A stretch of DNA of 64,000 nucleotides from an uncultured Chloroflexia bacterium (lineage in GTDB: Bacteria > Chloroflexota > Limnocylindria > Limnocylindrales > CSP1-4): contig CAWHDR010000001.1 of assembly GCA_963828165.1 (NCBI GenBank), forward strand, positions 800,001-864,000. The letters run 5' to 3'. The position numbers and the translations under genes were made by a program. Below the pieces are notes generated by a model, which saw only the letters and a program-made list of their open reading frames with translations, was not told the origin of the DNA and searched no databases. Below, piece after piece: positions 47,965-56,867 of this stretch. Numbering within the stretch: the stretch's first letter is position 1; every line of letters starts with the position of its first letter.

Positions 47965-48125
47965 CGGTCTCCTGAGCGCCGGGTGTTCGGCCCGCGACCC
48001 TCCCTCCGAGGATAACAGGCCGGTCACGCTCCTCCGCCCCTCGGCAGCCGACATCGCAAGCGGGTTGCAACGGCGATGTTCCGGTCCGATGCGACCGGTG
48101 CGGACGGCGTGCGGATACTGGGTCG

Positions 48126-48299
48126 ATGTTGAGCCAAGGCCTGCGCTTCCTGCTGCTGCGCTTCCTGCCCCGCCGCGTGCTGCCGATCCTGACAGCCATC
48201 GAGATCTTCCGACTGGTCCAGCGCCTGCGCCGGCGCGGCCCGGAGCCCGTCGCGCCGCGACGGATCGTCACGGCGGATCCTCCCGATCGGACACCCTAG
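48126..48299 (+). CDS. 57-aa basic amphipathic small protein (not in ORF track)
   Basis: MLSQGLRFLLLRFLPRRVLPILTAIEIFRLVQRLRRR...; GATACT 6 nt before the ATG. Confidence 0.55.
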   Translation: MLSQGLRFLLLRFLPRRVLPILTAIEIFRLVQRLRRRGPEPVAPRRIVTADPPDRTP

Positions 48300-48330
48300 C
48301 CGCCGTCCGCGACCCCGGATCGGGCTCGGC

Positions 48331-48783
48331 TCAGGACGTCGCGACCGGCCGTCGGAGGTCGGCGCTGCCGTCGCCCTCGCCCGTCCACCAGTCGGCATGC
48401 TCCGCATCCAGGCGGATCAGCGCGACGTTCGGGTCTCCGGGACCGTTCGGGAACCAGCGCTCGAGTTCCGGGAGCCAGTACTGCTCCTTGAGCTCCGAGT
48501 CGGTCTCGATCGTCGCGCGGCCGCTGATCGAGATGAAGTCGTAGGTCTCTCCGGCGCGATAGCCAGCCACCGCTTGCGGATGGGCCTGCAGCTCGGCGAC
48601 GAGCCGGCTGTCGCGGGGAGCGAAGAACCAGGATGTTCCCTCCCACTCCACCTGGCCGTTGTTCGACATGGGCCGAGTGTGGAGCTGACCGCTGTCCCCG
48701 CTCGTGGTGAACAGACAGATATCGATCTTCTTGATCAGGGCGGCGACCTCGGGGATGGCCTCGCGGCCGGATGTGTCGGTCAT
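48331..48783 (-). CDS. Pyridoxamine 5'-phosphate oxidase-like general stress protein
   Basis: LHTRPMS, WFF, ISISGRA, WFPNGPGDPNVALI. Confidence 0.85.
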   Translation of the reverse strand: MTDTSGREAIPEVAALIKKIDICLFTTSGDSGQLHTRPMSNNGQVEWEGTSWFFAPRDSRLVAELQAHPQAVAGYRAGETYDFISISGRATIETDSELKEQYWLPELERWFPNGPGDPNVALIRLDAEHADWWTGEGDGSADLRRPVATS

Positions 48784-48954
48784 GGCGGTCTTCCTTCGGC
48801 TCGGGAGGGAGTGGGACACCTACTCTGGGCGAGAGCCGGTCGATCGAGGCACGACGCGACGGCCGAAATCGCTGCAGGACTGTTTCATTCGCGCCGGCGA
48901 TCGCGGGTCACGGCGACGTCGGATGCAAACCCGAGGTGGCTGCCGACCGTGCGG

Positions 48955-49644
48955 TCAATGAGCGTCGGCGCCGGCATGGCCATGCGGAGCGTCGGCCGGG
49001 TCGGGCTGACCCGAGTCGGTTTCAGCTCCGGGATGCGCGCGCGAGCCGTGGCCGTGGCCCTGGCCCTGGCCGTGGCCCTGGCCCTGGCCGTGGCCGTGGC
49101 CGGCTAGAGCGTCTGCCACCGCAAGCGAGGTGGCGAGCGCCACCACGGCGATCCCGACGACGAGCACAGAGGCGGCCACCGCGCTCGAGCGCGCCGCCGG
49201 ACGGCGACGGATTCGCCCCCGGCTCGTGAGGCGGGCGATCAACGCCGCGACGAGTACGACCTGGAGTCCGACGGTCGTGCCATCCGCGAGGCCGACGGGT
49301 TCAGGACCGCCCGGGATCGTCGGTAGGCCGACCGTCCGCGACCAGACCCACGCGCCGATGAGGGCGAGATTGACCGCGACGGCGACGCGCGCGAGCTGGC
49401 GGGACCCGGGATGGGCCAGGAATGCCGCCGCGAAGGTGATTTGGAAGAGCGCGGCCCAGTAGAACCCGAGAGACAGGTCCCCCAGTAACTCCATGTGGCT
49501 CGGCGCTGCCGCAAGGTGGATCGCCCCGGCGCCCACCGAGAGGCTCGCCGTAGCGATCGTCTCCAGGCGGGTCGAATCGCCGAAACTGGTCCCGCGGACG
49601 CGGGCGATCGGCGGGAGGGTGGCGGTTGCCTTGACGGGATACAT
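48955..49644 (-). CDS. Membrane protein with His/Gly-rich C-terminal tail
   Basis: AGAIHLAAAPSH, WSRTVGLP..PEPVGLAD; GHGHGQGQGHGQGQGHGH. Confidence 0.75.
   Translation of the reverse strand: MYPVKATATLPPIARVRGTSFGDSTRLETIATASLSVGAGAIHLAAAPSHMELLGDLSLGFYWAALFQITFAAAFLAHPGSRQLARVAVAVNLALIGAWVWSRTVGLPTIPGGPEPVGLADGTTVGLQVVLVAALIARLTSRGRIRRRPAARSSAVAASVLVVGIAVVALATSLAVADALAGHGHGQGQGHGQGQGHGHGSRAHPGAETDSGQPDPADAPHGHAGADAH
49048..49101. repeat. Hexanucleotide tandem repeat (G/C)TGGCC x9
   Basis: Read directly; encodes (GH/GQ)9 on the minus strand. Confidence 0.9.
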
Positions 49645-49674
49645 GGTCGGAACGCCTGTCTGTGGACGCGAGAA

Positions 49675-49702
49675 GCGGTCGACGGGGGGAGCCGTCGACC
49701 GC
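49675..49702 (-). terminator. 11-bp stem-loop after the duplicated-domain lipoprotein
   Basis: GCGGTCGACGG/CCGTCGACCGC then TTCT on the minus strand. Confidence 0.6.
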
Positions 49703-49718
49703 GAGGAACAGAAGGGGT

Positions 49719-50984
49719 CTAGTTGCCGAACGCGTCCGGCATCCTGGTGACGATGGCCTCGGAGAGGACGTCGCCGGTCGCCCACATGTGGGTGTAGCCC
49801 ATGCCCATCAGCTCGTAGGCTTTGGCGTAGTCGCCAGCCGCGTAGGCGTCGATGGAACCGGCCAGGTGCATGATGTGCGAGTCGAGCTCGGCCGACAGGA
49901 CATCGGCGGGAAGGTCGGTCGCCGAAGCCAGGAAGGCACCGAAGTCGCGCGAGTAGCCGGCGAGGTCCTCGCCCGCCTTGGTCTTCTTGGCGTCGTCCTT
50001 GGTGGCGGTGCCGACCGTGTAGTCGACGAAGAAGCCGATATGGGCGCGCCACAACTCGAGGAACGTGGTCTCGGCTTCGTCACCGAAGACCGATCCGATC
50101 GCGTCGCCGAGGGCGACGGTATTGGTCTCGAGCTGGCCGGCGGCTGCATCGAAGGCCTTGGAGCCCTCGAGGCCACGATGGGTGGCGTTCGAAGCGAGGA
50201 ACGCGTGCTCGCCGAGCGCGCTGTCCAGGGCGATCCGGAGATCGACGGCGGACTTGGTCGCTGCGTCCATGGCAGCGAACTTGTCAGGGAACTTGGCCGC
50301 GATCGCGTCGGCCAGGGTGCCACCGGTGGCGACCATGTGCTGGTACGCCATGTCCGTCAGCTCGTAGGCTTTGGCGTAGTCGCCAGCCGCGTAGGCGTCG
50401 ACGGAGCCCGCCAGGTGCGTGACGTGGTCGTTGAGCTCCGCTTCGAGGACGTCCGCGGGCAGATCCGTCGCGCCGGCCAGGAAGGCACCGAAGTCGCGCG
50501 AGTAGCCGGCGAGGTCCTCGCCCGCCTTGGTCTTCTTGGCGTCGTCCTTGGTGGCGGTGCCGACCGTGTAGTCGACGAAGAAGCCGATATGGGCGCGCCA
50601 CAACTCGAGGAACGTGGTCTCGGCTTCGTCACCGAAGACCGATCCGATCGCGTCGCCGAGGGCGACGGTGTTCGATTCCAGGGCCTCACCGGCAGCCTCG
50701 AAGTCCTTGCCACCCTCGAGTCCGCGATGGGTGGTGAGCGAGGCGAGCAGCGCGTGCTGCCCCAGGCCGCTCGCCAGCGCGTAGCGCAGGTCGGCGGACG
50801 GACTCTTGGTCGTGGGGGTCATCGCGTCGGGTGACGCGGAGGGGGCCATGCTCGGTTCGGTGGATGGGGCCATGGTGGGATCGACCGACGGCGCGGTCGT
50901 GGGTGTGGTGGCTCCGCCGCCGGTGCAGGCCGCGACGAGGATCGCGGTGCCGAGCGTGCTGAGCGCGAGGGTCCTGAGCTTCAC
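49719..50984 (-). CDS. His-rich helical lipoprotein with two tandem 183-aa domains (family often labelled copper amine oxidase-like)
   Basis: AGGAG RBS, GTG start, lipobox VAAC; repeated DLR..L..H...LWRAHIGFFVDY...H..HL...HM. Confidence 0.8.
   Translation of the reverse strand: MKLRTLALSTLGTAILVAACTGGGATTPTTAPSVDPTMAPSTEPSMAPSASPDAMTPTTKSPSADLRYALASGLGQHALLASLTTHRGLEGGKDFEAAGEALESNTVALGDAIGSVFGDEAETTFLELWRAHIGFFVDYTVGTATKDDAKKTKAGEDLAGYSRDFGAFLAGATDLPADVLEAELNDHVTHLAGSVDAYAAGDYAKAYELTDMAYQHMVATGGTLADAIAAKFPDKFAAMDAATKSAVDLRIALDSALGEHAFLASNATHRGLEGSKAFDAAAGQLETNTVALGDAIGSVFGDEAETTFLELWRAHIGFFVDYTVGTATKDDAKKTKAGEDLAGYSRDFGAFLASATDLPADVLSAELDSHIMHLAGSIDAYAAGDYAKAYELMGMGYTHMWATGDVLSEAIVTRMPDAFGN
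49808..50669. repeat. Intragenic 549-bp-period direct repeat with perfect blocks
   Basis: 49927-50120 = 50476-50669 (194 nt) and 49808-49852 = 50357-50401, compared by eye. Confidence 0.85.
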
Positions 50985-51089
50985 GGGATCGAGTTCTCCT
51001 TTGCCTGGGGGCCGGTGTCCTGCGTCCGGTTGTGGCACGCGGAGGACGGCGGGGATACGGCCCCGACCCCGAAAGGGATGACTTCGTGC

Positions 51090-51500
51090 TCAGGGAGTGG
51101 CCGTGACGACGCCCGTCATGAAGTCGTGACGTGCGCAGAAGAACGGGTAGGTTCCTCCGTCGGTGAAGGTGTAGGTGAACTCGACGCCGGTATCGATCTC
51201 GCCAGAGTCGAACAATCCGGACGGGGTCGCGGGCGTGCCGGACGTGACCGTGTGAAGCGAGTCCTCGTCGTTGGTCCACGTGACCGTCGTCCCGACCGGC
51301 ACCGTCAGGTCATCCGGTGCGAACGCAAAGCCTTTGATGCTGATCGCATCAAGCCTCCGGGGCTCGGAAGATGGAGCGGATGCGGCCGGAGCCATCGGTG
51401 TCGAGGGTTCGGACGTCGCCCCAGGACTGGCGCATGCTGCGACCGCCAGGAACGAGACGAAGGCGAGGCTCGCGCGGGCAAGCTTGAGGACGATGGACAT
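51090..51500 (-). CDS. Amicyanin/plastocyanin-like cupredoxin lipoprotein
   Basis: Lipobox VAAC; FAFAP, VTWTN.D...HTVT, FCARHDFMTG. Confidence 0.9.
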   Translation of the reverse strand: MSIVLKLARASLAFVSFLAVAACASPGATSEPSTPMAPAASAPSSEPRRLDAISIKGFAFAPDDLTVPVGTTVTWTNDEDSLHTVTSGTPATPSGLFDSGEIDTGVEFTYTFTDGGTYPFFCARHDFMTGVVTATP

Positions 51501-51623
51501 CGGGATCTCCTGCGATCGGGGATTGGACGACGCGGATACGCAGCCGCCGGCCATCCGGACGAATACGAGGCGCGCCCCGTGGTGGCGCGGGACGGATCTG
51601 GTCGCTGGTTCGTTGATCTTGGT

Positions 51624-52208
51624 GTGACGCCCTCGACGAGCGCCGTACGGCTCCTCCTGTTTCGCGCCCATGACCCCTCGCCGCGCGAGCGCGTCCGCCC
51701 CGCCGCGAGCGAGGACACCGACACGTTCGAGCAGGTCTATCGCGATCACTACCGCGACGTGCAGCGCTACGCGCTGCTCATGACCGGGCGCCCCGACGAT
51801 GCCGACGACATCGTCAGCGACACGTTCCAGCGCGCATTCGCGGCCTGGCGCTCTGGACGCGGACCCGCGGGTCGGGCACTCCCGTGGCTGCTCCTGATCG
51901 CGCGCCGGATCATCACCGACCGCTGGCGTCGAGCCCGCATCATCCGGTGGCTGCCGCTCGGTGTTGCGGGCTCGACTGAACCGCGCGATGCGGACCGCGA
52001 GACGGATCGCTCGGAGTTCTGGCTATGGCTCGGGCAGCTCGCCCAGGTGCTGCCGGACCGCCAACGAGAGGTCGTCTACCTGCGCTACCAGCGCGACCTG
52101 AACGACGAGGAGATCGGCGAGATCCTCGGGCTGTCCGCATCCGGGGTCCGATCCCTCATCGCGAGGGCGATCGCCGCGCTTCGAAGGCATCCGGAGCTGT
52201 GGTCATGA
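51624..52208 (+). CDS. ECF sigma factor (start uncertain)
   Basis: FEQVYRDH, ADDIVSDTF, PWLLLIARR, LPDRQREV..LRY, GVRSLIARA. Confidence 0.88.
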   Translation: MTPSTSAVRLLLFRAHDPSPRERVRPAASEDTDTFEQVYRDHYRDVQRYALLMTGRPDDADDIVSDTFQRAFAAWRSGRGPAGRALPWLLLIARRIITDRWRRARIIRWLPLGVAGSTEPRDADRETDRSEFWLWLGQLAQVLPDRQREVVYLRYQRDLNDEEIGEILGLSASGVRSLIARAIAALRRHPELWS

Positions 52209-53749
52209 CCATGGATCCGCGTGAGGCGGACGTCTGGGCGGGCCTCCTCGAGCGGCTCGAAGGGGTCGAGCGGCACCTGACGGAACCGCAGCCCTGGCGC
52301 GGCGCAGAGCCCGCGGGGACTGGGCGGGACGGGATCGCCCTGGGGCCTACGCTCGTCGCCCGCAAATCACCGGCGTCCCGCCGGCCTTCGTCTCGCCGGC
52401 CGCTCGGCGTGGGCAGCCTGGCCCTGGTCGCGGCGCTCCTCGTGGTGGCGCTCGTGGCGAGCCCGGCCGGACGGGATCGGTTCGGTACGTCGCCGCCACC
52501 GTCGGCATCCGGATCCGTTCCGCCGTCCGATGCAGCGGTGAGCGCCTGGGGCCCCCTCGCGGTCATCCCGCGCCAGGACGGCGCCGACACGGCGCGCACG
52601 GAGGGCACGCTGCGGATCACGGATACGTGCGTGATCCTGGAGCGACTGGGCGAGGTCCAGCTGTTGTTCTGGCCCGCCGACCGCACGACATGGGACCCGG
52701 GGTCACGAGCCATCACGTTCGAGAATTTCGACGGGACCGTGGTTACCGTCGGCGATGGCGACGACGTCGTCCTCGGAGGCGGTGGCGACAGCGAATCGGA
52801 GAGCGGCCTTTCGGGCGAGGCGTGGGTCGATCGAATGGAATGGGTATCGCCGCCGGGCCCGTCGTGCCCGCTCGAGACGCGCTGGGGCGTCGGTGCGGTC
52901 GAACGGGTCGGGGCCGGACCTGTGGCGTCGCCGGTCACGACCGCCACAGAACTCGCCGGCCTGAGGATGGTGGCCGCCTTCGATCGGCTGGAGGTCGAGG
53001 CCGGCGGCACCGTCACCGTCGCGCTGAGCATCGAGAACACCCGCGCGACGGACGTGGTCTTCGACGAGCCATGCTCCATCCAGACCATGACGGTGGAGGT
53101 TCGCGCCCCGATCGAGCCGATCGGCCGGGATTGGGATGGGATCGCCGCCGCCTTCAAGACGTACGCGCTGGAGGCCAGCGGCGGTACGCCCATCGAATCA
53201 TCGATCCGCGAGCCGCTGGAGACCGTCGCCAAGGCGCTGCCCTGCCACGCACCAGAGGGCGGCCTCGGGGTCGGTGGCGGCCTGAGGCTGATCGAAGCGG
53301 GCACGACCTACGAGACCGAGCTGACCTGGACCGCCGAGATCGTCCCCGACGTTCCTGCGGTCCCCGGTCCCGCGCCCTTCTCCATCAAAGTGCAGTTCGA
53401 CCACAAGGAGGCAGCCAACGGCCTGTTCACCATCGAGACGCTGGAGGTGACCGACACGATCGAGGTGCTGGACGGCGCACCGAGCGCGATCAGCGCCGGC
53501 CAGGCGCTCGACGCCGCGCTCGGCGATCGGCAGTTCGTGGACTGGCTCGAGCAGCAGCCGAAGGACGCGTGGGGGAACGCGAACCTGTTCCTCCAGGGCC
53601 GCGCGTTCGGTGTAGATGTACTGCCGGAGGTCCCCTACTGGGACGTGGAGCTGTACCGCGAACCGCGGAACTGGGCGGTCCTGTACATCGACGCCATGAG
53701 CGGCGACGTCCTACGCCGGAACTTCTGCAACATCCCCTGCGACCGCTGA
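52205..53749 (+). CDS. Putative anti-sigma factor with TM helix and large extracytoplasmic region
   Basis: ATGA coupling to sigma; one TM helix; Cys pairs; C-terminal CNIPC. Confidence 0.7.
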   Translation: MTMDPREADVWAGLLERLEGVERHLTEPQPWRGAEPAGTGRDGIALGPTLVARKSPASRRPSSRRPLGVGSLALVAALLVVALVASPAGRDRFGTSPPPSASGSVPPSDAAVSAWGPLAVIPRQDGADTARTEGTLRITDTCVILERLGEVQLLFWPADRTTWDPGSRAITFENFDGTVVTVGDGDDVVLGGGGDSESESGLSGEAWVDRMEWVSPPGPSCPLETRWGVGAVERVGAGPVASPVTTATELAGLRMVAAFDRLEVEAGGTVTVALSIENTRATDVVFDEPCSIQTMTVEVRAPIEPIGRDWDGIAAAFKTYALEASGGTPIESSIREPLETVAKALPCHAPEGGLGVGGGLRLIEAGTTYETELTWTAEIVPDVPAVPGPAPFSIKVQFDHKEAANGLFTIETLEVTDTIEVLDGAPSAISAGQALDAALGDRQFVDWLEQQPKDAWGNANLFLQGRAFGVDVLPEVPYWDVELYREPRNWAVLYIDAMSGDVLRRNFCNIPCDR

Positions 53750-53778
53750 GCTGCCGGACCGCCAGGTCGGGGCAGCAC

Positions 53779-53905
53779 CATCCCGCTCGTCTGCCCGATG
53801 GCTGGCATCGCGCGAAGCGCAGCCTCGAGTGTCGACGTGGCCCCCTCCGAGTCGCGCTCGCGCTGATGCCAACCGAGAACGGGCCGAGGCAAGGAGCGCG
53901 GGATG
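53779..53905. ncRNA. Candidate 127-nt rod-like structured element
   Basis: Six nested complementary blocks around a common centre. Confidence 0.35.
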
Positions 53906-53942
53906 CGGAACCGTGCGACGCGCGCCAGCCTTTGTCGGCGCG

Positions 53943-54488
53943 TCATGCGAGCGGGCGGACGAAGGCGAGCGCCGTGATCTCGGGGGCCTGTCCGTAGGGA
54001 AAGAACTCCCGCGCGGAAAAGTCGAACGATCGATCGCGCACGAAGCCGGTTCGCTCATACAACCTCATCGCGGACGTCATGAAGGCCGCGGTATGCAGGG
54101 CGATCGCGACCCGGGCGTCTGCTCTTGCCCGTTCCAGGCAAGCCTCGACAAGAGCGATGCCGAATCCGTGACCACGACCGGCCGGATCGACCGCCGTGGC
54201 CCGGATCCCCGCCGTGCCGGGCGGAAACCCCGGGCCCATCCCCTCGTCGTTGGCCTCGCGAAAGTACGTGATCGTTCCGACGATGCGGCCGTCCAATTCC
54301 GCGACCAGAACGTCACCGCCCGCGGCGAGGCGTCCTTCGAGGTCGGTGGCACTGGCCAGGTAGGAGCGGAAGAATCCCTGGGGGACCTGTCCTTCGAATT
54401 CGGCGTTCGCGCGAACGATCAGGGCGCGTGTCACCTCGAGCTCGCTGCTTCGGACGGGATGGATCTTCGAACTCACCATCGCCAGCAT
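53943..54488 (-). CDS. GNAT family acetyltransferase
   Basis: AVDPAGRGHGFG, ALHT..M..AMRLYERTGF; GGGAGG RBS. Confidence 0.88.
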   Translation of the reverse strand: MLAMVSSKIHPVRSSELEVTRALIVRANAEFEGQVPQGFFRSYLASATDLEGRLAAGGDVLVAELDGRIVGTITYFREANDEGMGPGFPPGTAGIRATAVDPAGRGHGFGIALVEACLERARADARVAIALHTAAFMTSAMRLYERTGFVRDRSFDFSAREFFPYGQAPEITALAFVRPLA

Positions 54489-54503
54489 CGTCATCCTCCC
54501 GTA

Positions 54504-54546
54504 TACTCCAAGTTGGAGTACGGCCTTTTTACTCCAGAGTGGAGCA
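54504..54546. promoter_or_regulatory. Tandem palindromic operators TACTCCA-N3-TGGAG(T/C)A
   Basis: 54504-54520 and 54530-54546 between divergent GNAT and PadR genes. Confidence 0.8.
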
Positions 54547-54553
54547 ACTGTCA

Positions 54554-55213
54554 ATGCCGAATCTGCGACTGTCCCCCACGTCCTACGCGATCCTCGGCCT
54601 GCTCGCGATCAAGCCGTGGTCCACGTATGAGATCACCAAGCAGATGCGGCGCGCGCTCCTCCATGTCTGGCCTCGCGCGGAGAGCAACCTCTACAAGGAG
54701 CCGCAGCGCCTCGTCGAAGCTGGACTCGCCACAGCCAGGCGGCGCCTGGTCGGCCGCCGGGAACGCACGGAGTACGCGATCACGACGGCGGGTCGCGCTG
54801 CGCTCGAAGCCTGGCTCGAGCGGCCATCGGCCCCCACGCGGCTTGAGTCCGAGGCGATGCTGAAGGTGCTCTTCGGAAACTACGCGTCCACCGCGACGCT
54901 GCAACGCAACCTCGCCGACTTCGCCACCGAGGCCGAGCTGACCGACGCGCCGTGGCGCGCGATCGCCCAGGAGTACATCGATGGCCAAGGGCCCTTCCCG
55001 GAGCGCATCCATGTCAACGTCCTGTACTGGGTCCTGCTCGATCGATGGGCGCGTCTTCGCGCCGACTGGGCTCGCTGGGCCGCGGCAGAGGTCGCGCGGT
55101 GGCCGGATGCCGGCGGTCCGGTCGATCGCGGCGAGATGCTGGCGATGCTCGAACGAGCGCTCGGGGATGAGCCGGACCTCCCGACTCGGCGCGCCGACGA
55201 GCCCGGTCGGTGA
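54554..55213 (+). CDS. PadR family transcriptional regulator
   Basis: YAILGLL..P.STYE, WPRAESNLY, YAITTAGRAAL..WL. Confidence 0.92.
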   Translation: MPNLRLSPTSYAILGLLAIKPWSTYEITKQMRRALLHVWPRAESNLYKEPQRLVEAGLATARRRLVGRRERTEYAITTAGRAALEAWLERPSAPTRLESEAMLKVLFGNYASTATLQRNLADFATEAELTDAPWRAIAQEYIDGQGPFPERIHVNVLYWVLLDRWARLRADWARWAAAEVARWPDAGGPVDRGEMLAMLERALGDEPDLPTRRADEPGR

Positions 55214-55226
55214 GTGAGGTGGGACC

Positions 55227-55301
55227 TGGCGAGCCGGGTGGGATTCGAACCCACGACACAGGGATTAAAAGTCCCCTGCTCTGCCGCTGAGCTACCGGCC
55301 C
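55227..55301 (-). tRNA. tRNA-Lys (TTT)
   Basis: GGGCCGGTAGCTCAG...CTTTTAA...GGTTCGAATCCC...CCA. Confidence 0.97.
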
Positions 55302-55318
55302 GCGGGAAGCGTACCGCG

Positions 55319-55867
55319 CTAGGCCCGCTCGTACGCCTCGCGCAGCCAGCCGCGGACCTCGTCGTCCAGCTCCTGTGGCCCGGATAGCCGCACCCGGTGC
55401 GTGCACATGCCAGTCGAGGCCTCGAGCCGCCCGTTCGGCTCGACGCCCTTCAGGTTCAGTCCGATCTCGAGACGTCCACCCGACGCCGGCCCGACCGTGC
55501 CGAACTGCTTCGATCGGCGCAACGCCACGTAGGCCTGCTTGGGCGCGAGCTCGATGTCGTCGCCGAGCCCACGCGCCAACGCGACGACCTGATCGTGGAG
55601 GGGCCTGAGGGATGCCTTCGGGCCGGCGTAGATGGTGTCGACGAGGGCGTCACCTTCCGGCGCGGTCGGGCCACGCAGCGCGGTCAGCGCGACCCGATTG
55701 GCATTGCCGTGGGACAACCCGTGCTCGGACTTCAGCCACGCCAGCACCTCCCCGTGCCGGGTCTTGCCGCTGGCGTTGACGAGCTCCGTCCACGCCGTCA
55801 TGGATCGGCCGGTCGACTGCTCGATGTTCCTGATCTGGGTCTGGAGTGCGTCGTCGAGGGTCGCCAT
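55319..55867 (-). CDS. DUF4287/DUF5655 domain protein
   Basis: NIEQSTGRS..W, WLKSEHGLSHGNAN, PKQAYVALRR, WLREAYE. Confidence 0.85.
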   Translation of the reverse strand: MATLDDALQTQIRNIEQSTGRSMTAWTELVNASGKTRHGEVLAWLKSEHGLSHGNANRVALTALRGPTAPEGDALVDTIYAGPKASLRPLHDQVVALARGLGDDIELAPKQAYVALRRSKQFGTVGPASGGRLEIGLNLKGVEPNGRLEASTGMCTHRVRLSGPQELDDEVRGWLREAYERA

Positions 55868-55886
55868 GGGTCTCTCCTGCTCCGGC

Positions 55887-56867
55887 TCAGGCCGGCGGCG
55901 GTACTTCGGTCGGTAGGGGCTCACCGCGCACGCCGGCCAGCAGGTTCGCCGCCGCCATCGCGGCCATCTTGCCGCGTGTCGCGCGCGACGCCGAGGCGAT
56001 GTGCGGGACGATCAGGCAGTTGTCGAGCCCCACCAGCGGGTCGTCCATCGGGATCGGCTCGGGGTCGGTGACGTCGAGGCCGGCCGCCCAGATCCCGCCG
56101 TCACGCAACGCATCGGCAAGCGCCCGCTGGTCGACGACCGGACCGCGCGACGTGTTGACGAGGACGGCGGTCGGCTTCATCCAGGACAGTGTCTCGGCGT
56201 TGATCAGGTGCCGCGTGACCTCGGACAGGTTCACATGGAGCGAGACGAAGTCGCTCCGCGCCAGCAGGTCCTCGAGCGGCAGGAACGTCGCTCCGAACGG
56301 TTCCGTGACCTCGCGCGGCAGCTCCTGGACGTCGTGGTACAGGATCTCCATCCCGAACCCCTGCGCCCGTCGCGCCACCGCCTGGCCGATCCGCCCGAAC
56401 CCGACGATCCCGATCGTCGCGCCGTGGACATCTGGGCCGAGCAGGAGCAGCGGTCCCCACGTCTTCCAGTTGCCGGCGCGCACGTACCGGTCGCCCTCCG
56501 GCAGCCGTCGGGCGGCGGCCATCAGCAGCGCCCAGGCAAGGTCCGCGGTCGTATCGGTCAGCACGCCCGGGGTGTTGCCGACCGGGATGCCCCGCCGGGC
56601 GCAAGCGCCGACGTCGATGTTGTCGAAGCCCACGGCGTAGTTCGAGACGACCCGAAGCTTCTTCCCCGCGGCGTCGAGGAACTCGTCGTCGACCCGATCG
56701 GTCAGCAGCGTGAGGACGCCGTCGCAGCCGGCGACCCGGCGCAGGAGCTCGTCGCGTGGCGGCGGCAGGTCGCGTTCCCACAAATCCATCTCGCATGCCG
56801 CGCGGATCGCCTCCAGGCCCTCGTCGGGGATGACGCGCGAGACGAAGACGCTCGGCCTGTCAGCCAC
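55887..56867 (-). CDS. D-glycerate dehydrogenase/glyoxylate reductase
   Basis: [38 protein letters not shown]. Confidence 0.92.
   Translation of the reverse strand: MADRPSVFVSRVIPDEGLEAIRAACEMDLWERDLPPPRDELLRRVAGCDGVLTLLTDRVDDEFLDAAGKKLRVVSNYAVGFDNIDVGACARRGIPVGNTPGVLTDTTADLAWALLMAAARRLPEGDRYVRAGNWKTWGPLLLLGPDVHGATIGIVGFGRIGQAVARRAQGFGMEILYHDVQELPREVTEPFGATFLPLEDLLARSDFVSLHVNLSEVTRHLINAETLSWMKPTAVLVNTSRGPVVDQRALADALRDGGIWAAGLDVTDPEPIPMDDPLVGLDNCLIVPHIASASRATRGKMAAMAAANLLAGVRGEPLPTEVPPPA

Noticed and set aside
48809-48840. Possible att-site remnant resembling the tRNA-Lys 3' end
   Set aside because: Similarity is short and gapped; no integrase nearby
49808-50669. CRISPR- or DGR-like repeat pair
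   Set aside because: In-frame domain duplication; no spacers, no reverse transcriptase, differences not adenine-specific
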